This document shows, one piece after another, positions 1-11,617 of a DNA stretch of 64,000 nt. The notes beneath the pieces are model-generated. The model was not told the DNA's origin and made no database searches. It was given only the letters and a program-made list of their open reading frames with translations. Within the stretch, counting starts at the first letter, position 1, and every line of letters starts with the position of its first letter. Source of the stretch: Euglena gracilis (lineage: Eukaryota); the NCBI GenBank assembly GCA_039621445.1, contig CP154954.1, positions 8,000,634 through 8,064,633 on the forward strand. Direction: 5' to 3'. The position numbers were made by a program, and so were the translations under genes.

Positions 1-35
1 TGAAACAAAAGCTGGATTTATTTCAGGCTGAGATT

Positions 36-1606
36 TTGGTGATGAAAAATCAGCAAGCTGAATCTGCCAAATCTGCGACAGTGGATCTGACAAAGGAAAC
101 GAGAGAAAAATCAGCTGGAAACCCAGAAATCGACGAGTTTGATCTTTTTGGTTGCAATGATTTACCTGTGATCGAGAAAAATCTGGTTGAAATTGAAGAC
201 TATGAATACGCTGAACCAGGGTCACATGCGACACATGTCAGGCAGGTTTGTGCACGACCTGTGGGGGCAGTGCCTGCAGGTGCAGGGCTGGTTTCATCAA
301 ATGCAGTGGTAACGCATCAATTGATGAAAAACCTGGTAGCTCCAAATTTTTCTGGACAGCCAAAAGACTGGTCGTCCTTTGTGCGGGATTGGGATCAATA
401 TGTCAGGACGTTGGTTATTTTGCAAAATGGACATGTGTCTGATTCACTCAAACTTCGGCTTTTTGCAATGACGCTGGACGACACAAATAAAAAGGAATTG
501 CAATCCCGAATGGAATTCAACCGAAAAACATCTTTCGACGAGGAATTTGACAGGATTGACGGGAAAATGCTGGAACTCAGTCCGACTGTGCCAGAAAAAA
601 ATGGAATGATGTCCACCTTGTGAACCAAGGGAAAATTACTGTACGGGAATGGCAAGACTTTGTCATAAATTTCAAAATGGCCTGGAGACAGGTGAAAAGC
701 GCCACTGACGATGAGGCAGAAAGACTGGTCAAAGGAAAACTGCCAAATTTCATTTTGCATTGGGTCGCCGATGAGGAGGAAAGGAAATCAACGTGTGGAC
801 CGAAAGTCAAAATGTACCCTGGAGTGCCAGCAACGGAGGAAAACATTATTTGTGCTGTGGAACGTGTCACTGGGGAAAAGCCCTGCAAGGTTTCGAAAGT
901 TTCACCGCTGGAGTTCGAAGTCTTTTTGCCCTATACTACGATTTGCTACAAACTGAAAGAGGTCAGTGTGAAACCAATCACAGGCACGGATAAAAGAATC
1001 AAAATTGTGGAGGAACAGTCAAAAATGTGAGCTGAAGAAATTTTCCGTTTTGTTGAGCGAAAATTGTCATCCAGGGATAATCAAGACATGTTACACAGTT
1101 CCGGAGAGCCAAATGGGTCCGGAAACCGGAGGGCCAGGACTGAAAAGGCAGATCGGGCCAAGGGGTCCAGGACACCCTCCCCAGCACGGTCAGCAAAGGG
1201 GGGCGAAACGGTGGTAAAACCGTCCGTTGAAAAATCAGATTCACAGGTGGCAGCTCCGGCGACCGATGCAAACGCGAACCCCCAAGTGCAAAATCCAGTG
1301 CCAGTGGTTCGATCACAGTCATATTCACCCCCCCAGCAATCTCAATTTGGCAATGGGGGTGGATGGAGAAACGATTCTGGGAGGAATTCCAATGCCAATG
1401 CCAATTTTCAGGGAAATCAGTGGTGGCACTCAAATCAACAGAATTTTGATTCACAGTTTGGTGGTGGCAAAGGCAAAGGCAAAGGAAAGGGCAAAGGAAA
1501 CAATTCTTGGGGGAAAGGAAACAATGGAAATGACTGGTCTAGGGGAAAGAGCCAAGATGGTGGAAAAGGCAAAGGCAAAGGAAGGGGGAAAGGAAACCGT
1601 TGCTAG
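36..1606 (+). pseudogene. gag: gag-like region (disrupted) with Gly/Lys/Asn-rich C-terminus
   Basis: ORFs 36-623, 620-1030 and 1064-1606. Contains 'APNFSGQPKDWSSFVRDW' (capsid-like PxFxG motif) and a GKGKGK tail; lies upstream of pol. Confidence 0.7.
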
Positions 1607-1870
1607 GATAGCCGGGGTGGACCGTTGGGGGCGGGGGCCGCCCCGGGCTCACATACCCAGCCCCACACAAAGACATACACAAATCCCAGGTGGCATGAAA
1701 AATCTCGTGCGAGTGAAACCACGATGAAAAATCTGCCATCCCAGGAGATCTCTGCACAAGGTGTGTCCAGTGTGTCGGGTGCGTGCCTGCGTGACGTGCA
1801 AATCTGTGACTCGGCCCAAATCTGTAAAGAATCAGACCTCATAAGAGGTCGTGCACAGCCTTCCGTAAGG

Positions 1871-2465
1871 AAAAGAGCTTTAGACTTTTTTTGCGGTAAA
1901 GGCTCGGTTGGGGATTGCCTGAGAGAGCAGGGGTTTAAGGTTGTGTCAGTGGACATAAACCCCAGATTTAACCCAACCCACTGTGCAAATATTTTGGAGT
2001 GGAGATATTGGAGGTAACCCCCCCGGATATTTTCAGATCATCGCTGCGGGGGTGCCCTGTACAGAATATAGCTTGGCCAAAACGTTGGGAGTCAGAAATT
2101 TGGAGGAGGCAGATCGGCTGGTCAAAAAAACTTTGGAAATTGTCGAATATTTCGACCCAAAGTTGTGGTGGATTGAAAATCCCCGTCATGGGTTGCTTCG
2201 AAAAAGACCCTGTGTTCAAAATCTGACCTTTGTCGATGTTGATTATTGTCAATTTTCAGAATGGGGATATCAAAAGCCCACCCGAATCTGGGGGAGCGAA
2301 AATCTGAGCAAGCTACAAAACAAACTTTGTGATGGCCAGACCTGCCCGAATTTGATTCCTGGGGGGAGGAGTCACCAAGAAAATTTGGGAGGATATGGAA
2401 TGACAGTTGGTACTCAGAAAAAATGGAGGGTGCCCAAACAACTGGTGGAGTATTTGTTAACCGTG
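1871..2465 (+). pseudogene. C5 cytosine DNA methyltransferase domain in the Gypsy polyprotein (one frameshift near 2012)
   Basis: Motif I LDFFCGKG, motif II VSVD, catalytic motif IV GVPC (~2055), motif VI WWIENP (~2175), YCQF..GYQKPTRIW, and C-terminal RVPKQLVEYLL. Confidence 0.9.
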
Positions 2466-2489
2466 TTGGAACGAAAAAGCGGATATCGT

Positions 2490-2890
2490 AGGGAGCATTA
2501 TGCTGTTAGGAAAGTTTGTATGGAGGAAATTGAGAAGGAATTTCGGGTTAAGGCGTAACGGGATTGTTTTGCAACCAGCCAAAATGCCAGGTGTGAAAAG
2601 TTTTATGGGGAGGATGATGATGCCACGAAAAAGGAATGGGGGGCGGAGGAAACGTTGTGGATGAACCCCCCCTGGACTTTGTGGCCTGAGGTGGCTGAAA
2701 AATTGCAAAATTCCAATTGTCGGGCAATTTGTATTTGCCCAGACTGGAATAGGAGGTGGGTGAGAAATCTGGTGGCTATTGCTGTCAAAAAGATTTATTT
2801 TCCCAAGGGGACAAAGTTGTTTGAGGCTGATGGGTGGATTTTGAGGGGTACCCGTTGGGGGGTGTGGGCCTTGTTGATTGATAGAAGGCA
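2490..2890 (+). pseudogene. Dam-like amino-methyltransferase domain (phage Dam / DIRS-type, likely N6-adenine)
   Basis: In frame with the C5 domain and protease across a TAA at 2556-2558. Reads RDCFATSQNARCEKFY...DDA...W...LWMNPPW (NPPW at 2664-2675)...ICICPDWNRRW. Confidence 0.8.
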
Positions 2891-2999
2891 ACCCTCCCAG
2901 GGGGGGGCAGCCCCAGGAAAGAAAAAATTGGTGCGGCTGAAAAAAAGAATGTTGAGGGGGACAAACACTCGGGGAGGAGCAAAGAAACTTGGGGAGGAC

Positions 3000-3400
3000 A
3001 GACAACTGCTGTTAAAAACACAGATACGGTTGGCAAATGGGGAGGAAAAAACGGCCAGAATTTTAATTGACACGGGGGCTGAGGCAAACCTCATTCGACA
3101 AGGGTTGATAGGGGACCACCTAATGTATCCTGCTAAGGACCCGTTAAGGTTTGAAACAGCCAATGGGCAAACTTTGGCGGGGGGGAGCAGATGTGCTAAG
3201 GTGAAAATGATCCTTCAACAAAATTCGAATGAGGAAAGGGAAATTGAGTTTGTGGAATATGAGGTTGAATTTTATGAGGCAAACATCAAAGTTGATGCCA
3301 TTCTTTCTTATCCATGGTTGGCGGAGGCAAAACTGGGAATTTTTCCACACCACAAGGCATTGGTGAAAGACAGCCCCGACCTGATTTTTTTGCGGGGTGT
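3000..3400 (+). CDS. Retropepsin-type aspartic protease domain
   Basis: ARILIDTGAEANLI catalytic DTG motif and downstream DAILSYPWL (D-x-ILG-like). Confidence 0.9.
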
Positions 3401-3699
3401 TGAAGGACGGAGGGGTCCGCAAAAATTCAGGGATGACACAAATGTTTTAGTGGACAATGTGACTGTGGCGGACGGGTCTTCGTTTGGGTTGCAAAAACTT
3501 GGTCTTTGTTTGCCATTGGAAGGGTTGGACCAGGACTTGCAATTTTTGAGTGACGAGGACTTGGGGGAGGTTGCCACAAATTTGGAAGGAAGTGACCCCC
3601 CAGTGCAAGTTGTCAACCGAATGATAATTGCAAGGGAGGGGGAGGACAAAAAAGAGGAGGAACGGGTAGTCAAGTTGAGGGAACAAGTTTTGGAAGATT

Positions 3700-4500
3700 A
3701 CCGGGGGACGGTATTTCGGTAATCGCCATTTCCAGACCCCCCCCGAAAGAGGACAATATGGTTATGCATACATACCTTTGAAGGAGGGGGCAAAGCCAAC
3801 CAGACAGAAGCCTTTTTTCATGTATGCTGAGAGGAAAGAGGAACTTGAAAAAATCACCCAAGACTGGCTCGACAAAAAAATACATTGAGCCAGCCACAGC
3901 CAAAAATTCTGAATGGCTGTCCCAGACTTTTCCAGTTCCAAAAAAATCCAACGATTCTCCTTGGAGGGGGGTGGTGGACCTCAGGGGCCCAAACAGCCAA
4001 ACAAGGCGATGCAACTACCCCTTACCCAAAATTGAAGACATTTTGGTCAAACATGGTGCAAACCAAATGTTTTCGATCATTGATTCAAATCAAGCTTTTC
4101 ACCAACAACCTTCACACCCAGAAAGTCGACCCATAACGTGTTGTTTCACCCCCAAAGGGATTTTTCAGTGGAGGGTGAACGTAATGGGTTTGACAAATGC
4201 CCCCCAACAATTTCAGCAAATGATCGATGACCGTTTGACACCAGTAAGGGATATCGCCACAGGGGACATAGACGACATACTGGTGTGGACAACGGTCGGG
4301 GAAGGGGAGGATCTAGTGGGGGCACATGAAAAAGATTTGAGGAGAGTGTTGGAAGTGCTCAAAACAGAACTTTTGGTGGCTGATGAATTCAAAGCCAAAC
4401 TTTTTGTGGAGGGGGTTTAATTTTGTGGACAGATTTTAGGAAATGGGACTAGGAGGCCTGCACCGGGTAAGCTACGAGCGATCGAATAGTGGGAGGTTCC
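3700..4500 (+). pseudogene. pol: Gypsy reverse transcriptase (inactive)
   Basis: WRGVVDLRGPN, YPLPKIEDIL, GIFQWRVNVMGLTNAP. Catalytic YxDD is mutated to DIDD; internal stops. Confidence 0.93.
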
Positions 4501-5160
4501 AAAAACAATTACGGCTTTGAGAGCCTTTTTGGGATTCACAAATTATTACAATGCATACGTTCACATGTATGCGGAAGTAGCTGCCCGGCTGCAAGACAAA
4601 TTGAAAGTCCCTAGGGAGGTGGGAAAGAAAGGAAGTCGAAAACCTGTGGAATTTGATGGGGAGGTTTTAAAAGCTTTTGAGGAGCTGAAAAAATGGTTGT
4701 GTTCGGGCCTAATGTTGCAACCGGTAGACCCAGATAAACCCTTTGTGCTAAGGGTAGATGCCAGTGGGTACGCCGTGGGGGGAACGTTAGAGCAAATGAA
4801 GGAGGGGGGCCCACAGCCCAAGATGTGATTGAGAAAAAAACTGTGCCAGTGGCTTTTATGTCTCGAAAATTGACCGAGGGGCAAAGAAAATGGACCCCCA
4901 GGGAGTTGGAGACATATGCCATAATTTTGGCACTACAAAAGTGGGAGAGTTGGATTGGATTGCAACCCGTTTTGGTTTTAACCGACCACCAAAGTTTGGA
5001 GTCTTGGACAAGGGAAGTCCTGGACACCCCCAGTGGTCCGGTTGGGAGGAGGGCGAGATGGCACCAAATTTTCTCCAAGTATGATTTGACGGTGGGATAT
5101 ATCCCGGGTAAAGAAAATACCATAGCCGACATTATTAGTCGGTGGGCATACCCAGCTTCA
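4500..5160 (+). pseudogene. pol: RT connection and RNase H
   Basis: LRAFLGFTNYY, VDASGYAVGG, ELETYAI, TDHQSL, NTIADIISR. Confidence 0.92.
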
Positions 5161-5699
5161 CAGGCCCTAAGGGATATAAGTAAGCATGGGTCAGCCGAAG
5201 ACAAGGATGAAATGGAAAATTTTATCCGGGAGGAAAAAGAAGAGGAAAAACAGTGTTTGGAGATAAGAATCAAAAACCAGCCCAATTTACGTAATGCCTG
5301 GATACGGGGGGTGACAACCCGTAGTGGCAAAAACGTAACACCTGAGGAGGAAAAAGGAGAGTGCACAAGGAGGGGAACCGAGGGTGGGGTAGACCCAGGA
5401 GGAAAAGACACCCCTGTGGACACCCACTCACAATGGCCCAGGAAAGAAAAGAAACGGGTTCATTTTTGGGATGAGAAAGTGGGGGGGGGAGACGACCCCT
5501 GTCCCGGAGACGGCTGAAAGTTCGAGGGGGGACACTCGTATGGAAGTGGGGGACGCCCTGCCAAGTAAGACCCCTAAGGATATTAAGCCCGTATGGGAGC
5601 GTGATTGGGGGGAAGCATATTCCCAATGCCCCACATGGAAAGAAAAATGGGTAGCTACCAAAGGCGATTCAATTTGGCCAACGGGCTTCAAAGAGCTAA

Positions 5700-6690
5700 A
5701 TGGCCAATTGCTTTTTGAAGAAAAGTTGTGTGTGCCGGAAAGTTTTCAACACTTGGTGATTCAAGAACTTCACGAGTGTTTGGGGAACGTTGGCCCTGAA
5801 AAAGTTGGAAACACATGGCAATCCGTTTTGTTTGGGCTGATGAAAAGGCTGCAAAACAACTCAACCAAAAGTGCAGCAAAAATTGTTTCACATGCCAAGC
5901 GAGTGTGAGGGGGAAGAGTTTGAAAGGACCGATCGAGTCCACACCCATACCCCCTGCACTAATGACAAGTGTTGCCATCGATTTGTTTCGAATGCCAAGG
6001 GTTTTACACGATGGGGGGGAGTATGACACCCTAGCCCTTTGTGTGGATAGGCATTCGGGATGGATTGTGGGGGTTGCATGCAAGGACAAGGGATTAACCG
6101 GTGCCAAGTTGGCTAAGGAAATGGTGAAAAATCAGTGGAGGCCTTTTGGGGTTCCCTCGGTCATCTCAAGTGACCAAGGGAGCCGTTTCACAAGAACTTG
6201 GTGGAAAAACATGTGTGCACTTTTGGGGATTAGGCAAGCATATTCCCAAGCATACCACCACCAAGCAAACGGGAGGATTGAGAGAGCCGGACAACAGGTA
6301 ATGGAGGTGTTGAGAAATTTGTACGTGAAAGAAAAAATTAATTGGGTTGAAGCTTTACCCCAAGCTGTGGACCGAATTCACGACGTAAAGGGGGAAAGTG
6401 GGTTCAGCCCATATGAAATTCTACATGGGAGGGAACGACCATTAGCAGGGGTACCCTACCAACCACCCAAAGAATGTGAGGATTCGGTGGATTTTTTCCG
6501 AAGGATGCAAGACATTGATGGGAGGGTGGCTAGGATACTCAACAAAAAGCATGAGGAGGAGGTGGCAATGATAAATAAGGGGAGGAAAGAAATGGAACCC
6601 CTAAAGGTGGGGATGATGGTTTGGTATAGGAGACCCGAAGGGTCGGGTGAGAATCTGACTGTAGGTGGGTGGGACCTGGGGTCGTGAAGG
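5700..6690 (+). pseudogene. pol: Integrase (degenerate Zn-finger plus DDE core)
   Basis: H..CFTC Zn-binding remnant, VAIDLF, ISSDQGS, YHHQANGRIER, SPYEILHG. Confidence 0.92.
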
Positions 6691-6842
6691 GTAGAGAAGG
6701 GGAACGAAGTTATGTAATCGAAATGAAACCTGGGGTGGAGACAAAAGCTCATAGGAGTTTTTTGAAGGAGTATCGGGAACCCCAAGTTAAAGGGAAAGGG
6801 GTGCCTTTTTATATTATAAACGTACCGAAAAAGAAGAAGAGG

Positions 6843-7068
6843 CATTACCTGATCAGTGGGAGGTGGAGAAAATTCTAAGGCATCGGAAAGGAAAGGATGG
6901 AAAGTGGGAGTTTTAAACAAAGTGGGTCGGATATGAAGACGGAGAGCAGACCTGGGAACCGGCTGGGAATTTTATTCACAGGTTCAGTTGGGAGTTTGTG
7001 AAGTATTGCCGTGAGAAAAAAGTGAAAATGGACATAATGTCCGAACTTAAAATTGACGGTGGGCCGTA
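6843..7068 (+). pseudogene. C-terminal chromodomain
   Basis: Manual translation WEVEKILRHRKGKDGKWEF*TKWVGYEDGEQTWEPAGNF fits the chromodomain consensus (EVE.IL...W.GY....TWEP). Confidence 0.88.
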
Positions 7069-7827
7069 GGCTCTAAGGTGAGCCATAAGGCCCTGTCCAA
7101 GGCTTTCTACCTTTCTCTACCTTTCAGGAGTGCAAGGGGCACCTCAGTGCATTCGCCGCCGCATTGCTATTATATTTCCCCCCACTGCGCTCATTGCCCC
7201 ACCGCACTATCTATATTTGCCGTCCCCTCCTCTTCCCTCCCGATGTTGTTAGGGTTTGGAGATTGATTCTTTGAGATGATGGGTTACATTGTGGTTGGGA
7301 GTCCTTGGTCACATTATGAACCCCCGTTCGGTTTGACAAAAATCCCCCCGACCTGAGGAGAGGGGGGGGGGCATGATTTTTTTGACAAAAATCCCCCCGG
7401 CCCGAAAATGGGGGGGTGCGCTTGATTTTTTGACAAAAATCCCCCTGCCCGAGGAGGGGGGGGGGGCTTGACGAATTTGAACCAAAAATCCTCCCGACCC
7501 GAAGGGGGGGGGGCGCCAACCGAAATTTTACCAAAAACCCCCGACCCGTTGGAAGGGGAGGGGAAGATCTTGGTGAAGACCCTCATACCACCCGTGGAAG
7601 CGGGGGGAGGGGCAGCCTAATACTCGTTGGTTGGTGAACCGAGTCTTTCCCAAAGGTTTGAAGGCACTTGAAAGCCATAGTCCCTGAAGTTTGTTTCCCA
7701 TTTGTTGATTCAAGGGAGAATGGGTGGGGGACATAGGCTTTGGATGAAATAGTGCCGAATGGAGGATTTTCCCTCTGTTGTTGAGGAACGGGGGGGGGGC
7801 GAATTTTTGGTGTCCGACTAAGGTCGC

Positions 7828-7838
7828 AAGGGAGGGGG
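7828..7838 (+). promoter_or_regulatory. Polypurine tract
   Basis: AAGGGAGGGGG immediately before TGTCGG. Confidence 0.7.
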
Positions 7839-8462
7839 TGTCGGCCGCCGGCTTTCGCCGGCAGCCAAAAATTGCCAGAAAGCGTAAATTACAAAGTCGC
7901 GGGTAACAGCCAATCAGTTAGAGAAACCCGCGACTTAAATTGGAAGCGGGTCAAATTTCTAAGCGCCTTCAAATTTGTCATTTTTCACAGAACTTGAGGG
8001 GTTTTCCCCATTATTTGGCAAAGAGGAAATACATTGAATTGGATTTGATCAATCACATTGTTTAATTGGAATTGACAGTTACATTGTTGGTCATTACATT
8101 GTTGGTGGAGTTGTTGAAGTCAATTTGGTATTGAAATCAAGAAGGAGACCCTACAACACCGCCACCCTCACCGCCGCTTCTATTCCCTATACCCCTCTTC
8201 CTTGCCCCAGGTTGTTTTTTTTATCACATTCAGTCACTCTCACAGATTTCCAACAGTGTGATTGCTTCTCCAGTGGGTTGGAATTCATTTCAGAATTCAG
8301 TGGGTTGGTTTTTCCTTCAAGGTGTGCAAGAGAGTGTGAGAGAGAGAAAGAGAGAAAAGTGAGATTTCAGAGAGAAAAGTTCTATTTCATTGCAAATGGC
8401 AGATTTTTCGGTGTTCACCAAATTTTCAGAAAACATTACAAAAACGATCCTACGCACCGGCA
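7839..8462 (+). repeat. Putative 3' LTR (~624 bp)
   Basis: Starts TGTCGG after the PPT and ends CCGGCA (TG...CA with imperfect 6-bp inverted ends). No partner LTR in the window to confirm. Confidence 0.6.
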
Positions 8463-9139
8463 GGGGTTGGGGAAAATACCTGAGTGAAACAAACGGGGGT
8501 TGGCTTGAGCCCACCAACCCGGCCCCACCCCGGAAAAACCCCCCCCTCGGCTGTTGGTGCGTTTCCACGACGGCGAGGCCCCCCCGGGCCCTCGGCCCAC
8601 CGGGACTCGCCGGTCGCGGGGGCGACCGGCGGCGCACAGGGGGTGGGGCCGGCGAACAAACGAAACGCTTGTTGTGCATGGACAAAAAGACACACTACAA
8701 CAACGGTGGTGGCGCGAACCGAGTCCACCGACCAGAGGCACAGCCTACTGGATTTGATGTGTTCCAGGGGTAAGGCTATGTACAGAAGCGATAGTCTGTG
8801 CTAGGGCCAGGCGATGGGAGGGCAGGGAAAAGGGGAAAAGATGTGAGCTAAAGAAGGGTGCGAGGTGGGGCCGCGATTGATCGGCTGCCGGAGTGGCTTC
8901 CGGGCACTAGTTCCTCAGATTGTAGTTGAGGAAGATGGTGGATCCTCTGCCACGTGGGTCATCATGCGTCGCTACGGGGCTCGCTGTTTTGTTTACACCG
9001 CCGCCGGAGATGGAGGACTGTCGTGCCCGCATGTGCACATGCGCACCGAGAGGAACTTTTCCCAAGCCTTTGGCGGTTATCGGGCAGTCTCTCACCGAAG
9101 GGCTGCGTTGTAAAACGCGGGTCATTGAAGGGGGGCGTT

Positions 9140-9810
9140 TGGCCGGACCAACCTAACCGGCTGGCCGGACCAACCTAGCCGGCTGGCAGACCAACCTAGC
9201 CAGCCAACATGCCGGCTATCCAGACCAAACAACACGCACGCCGTACGCAGTGACGTCTGAATCAGGAATGAATGTGTGCACCGGAGGGGGACTAAGTTGA
9301 AGCCCGAAGTGCACCCGGGTGAACGTTCGGACAGAAATACGGCCCGCCTGTTGGCTTTAACCCGCACGGGAGGACAAAAGACGTACCGGCCGAAGGCCCC
9401 CCCGCCCAAAAAAACCTGTGGCCACTCGTTCGCCTCGTTGGGAAAATATCGCCAGCAAATGTGGCAAAAAACATGGCCACCCATCTTTCCAAAACTGCCC
9501 ACTACAAACCCTCCAATACTTACCCATTTGCCCACTACAAACCCTCCAAAACTTACCCATTTGCCAGACGCAAAAACCGAACCCCCCCAAATGTTTAGGT
9601 TTTTTGAGCAAGAGAAATTGTTGCACAGGAAAAAAAGAATGCAAAAAACAAAAAAAAACAAGTTTCAGAAGAAAACGAGCACCTCAGGACAAAAAGGTTT
9701 CTGGTCAAAATCTGGCACCATCTGGCCCAAAACTGGCCACCACATCTGGCCCAAAACTGGCCAACACATGTGGCCCAAAACTGGCCACCACCTGTGGCCC
9801 AAAAATCTTC
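9140..9810. repeat. Cluster of short tandem repeats (21-bp GGCCGGACCAACCTA.., 36-bp CCCACTACAAACCCTCCAA.., TGGCCCAAAACTGGCCA..)
   Basis: Direct tandem copies at about 9140-9205, 9495-9565 and 9710-9800. Confidence 0.75.
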
Positions 9811-10599
9811 AAAATCTTCAAAATCCCTTTCACATTTAGCACACTGGCACAATCTGAATGGGAGCTTTGCAAAAACAGACCGAAGTTCCTCGGTTTCCTT
9901 TGTTCTGGGGCTATTTTGTAAACAGAAACAAAAAGAAAAGGCAAGAAACAAAACAGTTCACAAAAAGTAAAACAGACCGACTTAAAGTCAATTCTGCAGT
10001 AACCAGCAGCATACGGCCAAAGAAGCCCCAGCACTGAGGCTAGAAGCACTGTCCACCAGCGTACATATGCTCTTGCAAACAGTTCTCCACTTCGCCTTGG
10101 TCTTTTCCTTGGACTTACAATGTTGTACAGAAAGTTGAAACTTGAAAACTTGTACTTTATAATCCCAGCTTGTAACTAGAACCCCACCGGGGGACATGTC
10201 AGCCATGTGACATGTCGAAAAAAAACATGCAGAAAAGCTACAAAGGACGGTTGAGAATTCACGGTGGGTAGCACAGCTTCACCCGAACCGTGCCCTGGGC
10301 CCAGGGTATCGTTTCTTTTGGCCCGCGCCACAAGAGGAACCCTCTTGTGACTTCCTGTGCCGCGGGTAGGTTATATCGCGGGTAGGTTATACTGATGGTA
10401 GTGTACACTGCAAGTATAGGCATTGTTGGCGGTCAGCTGGTTAGGAGACCGTGGGCAAGACCAACGATCCATATATATATACCTTGGCGGGGGGGGGGGG
10501 TGTTTGCATGGCGGGGTGTGTTTGTGTATGGTGCCCCTGCTTTTCTGCCCGTGGGCAAGACCCACTTCCTATATGTTACGTGGCGCGCGGCAAGGATTT

Positions 10600-11617
10600 C
10601 CTGCGTCGCAGACTTCTACTCAGGTGGGGCCCGGCGTGTGGGTGTGACCGACTACGCAATCGGCCCGCAACTATCCCTTGTCACCCCCGTTTTGGACGAA
10701 GTCAGGGGCAGGCTCGGAGCCAACCATGCCACCGTCACCACCTCCCTCAACAATCCACAACGAATCGCCTCCAAGGACCAAGAACCTGGGAAACAAAACT
10801 GGTGGAACCATGAGCTGGGCAAGAAGGCAATGGACGACCGGGACCAGAACCGCCTGCTTGAACAGGTCACGGGGTTTGGACACGGTTGGATGGCAGCTAC
10901 CCCCTCGAACAACTCCCACACCACCTTCTCCAGCGAAGAATACACCCTGGGACTGAAATGGTGGTTGAGCCTCCTGGTGTTGAATGACGTCAGCCAGCCG
11001 TGCACAGGATGCGGCCAACCCCTGGACAAGGAGGGCGACCACCTCCTCTTCTGCCGCAGGAACAACTTCGCAACACGCCACAACGCTGTATAGGACACCC
11101 TATTTCAAACATTGTCCAACAGCGGTCAGCGGGTGCAGAAGGAAGTTTCATTGCCGACAGCCAGAGACAGCCATCTCCGCCCGGCGGACCTCCTTCTGGA
11201 CTGCTGGTCTGAGGGGAAGCCGACAGCGCTGGACGTCACCGTCTGCCATGGATGGCAGGCTACAGAACTCACCGCAACCCGCGAACGCTGGAGATCCTTC
11301 CTAAAGAGGAGGGAGGACGCCAAAAAGCAGAAATACAACATCCCATGTCAGCAAGCATGGTGGGGCTTCACGCCTTTCGCCCTCGGGACATGGGGCGGCA
11401 TGGGACCGGAAACTGCCAGGACACTGAGCAGAGTGGCCAAACGTGCCTCGTCCTGGCAGCAGGGCGCTGAGCGCGAAATCAAGGAGGCGGAAATCTACCA
11501 AAACGTGGCCATCGCCCTGATACGAGAGGTATTCCACCTCCTACAACCCAAGCACCTACTCCGTTAAGAAAGAAGAAGAAGAAGAAGAAGAAGAAGAAGA
11601 AGAAGAAGAAGAAGAAG
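10600..11617 (+). mobile_element. 5'-truncated CRE-like (RLE) non-LTR retrotransposon with (GAA)n tail
   Basis: CTGC..H..C..RHNAV Zn knuckle, RPADLLL..PTALDVTV..K endonuclease motifs, FTPFALGTWGG. Stop at 11567 is followed by a GAA run. Confidence 0.88.

Larger units (their letters stand above)
1..8462 (+). mobile_element. Ty3/Gypsy (chromovirus-type) LTR retrotransposon, decayed; 5' LTR outside window
   Basis: Domain order is gag, C5-MTase, Dam-like MTase, protease (LIDTGA), RT, RNase H, integrase, chromodomain, PPT, TG...CA LTR. RT-RH-INT order is Gypsy-type. Many stops and frameshifts. Confidence 0.93.

Noticed and set aside
1604-1606. Programmed gag-pol stop readthrough at TAG
   Set aside because: The copy has many other random stops, so this cannot be distinguished from decay without a family consensus.
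1871-2890. Bacterial restriction-modification contamination
   Set aside because: The MTases are continuous with gag and protease, share the element's composition and decay, and have no nuclease or operon context.
10200-10238. Second SL relic on the minus strand (TTTCTG-CATG-TTTTTTTTCG)
   Set aside because: The core AGTGTCTA is missing; this could be a chance T-rich match.
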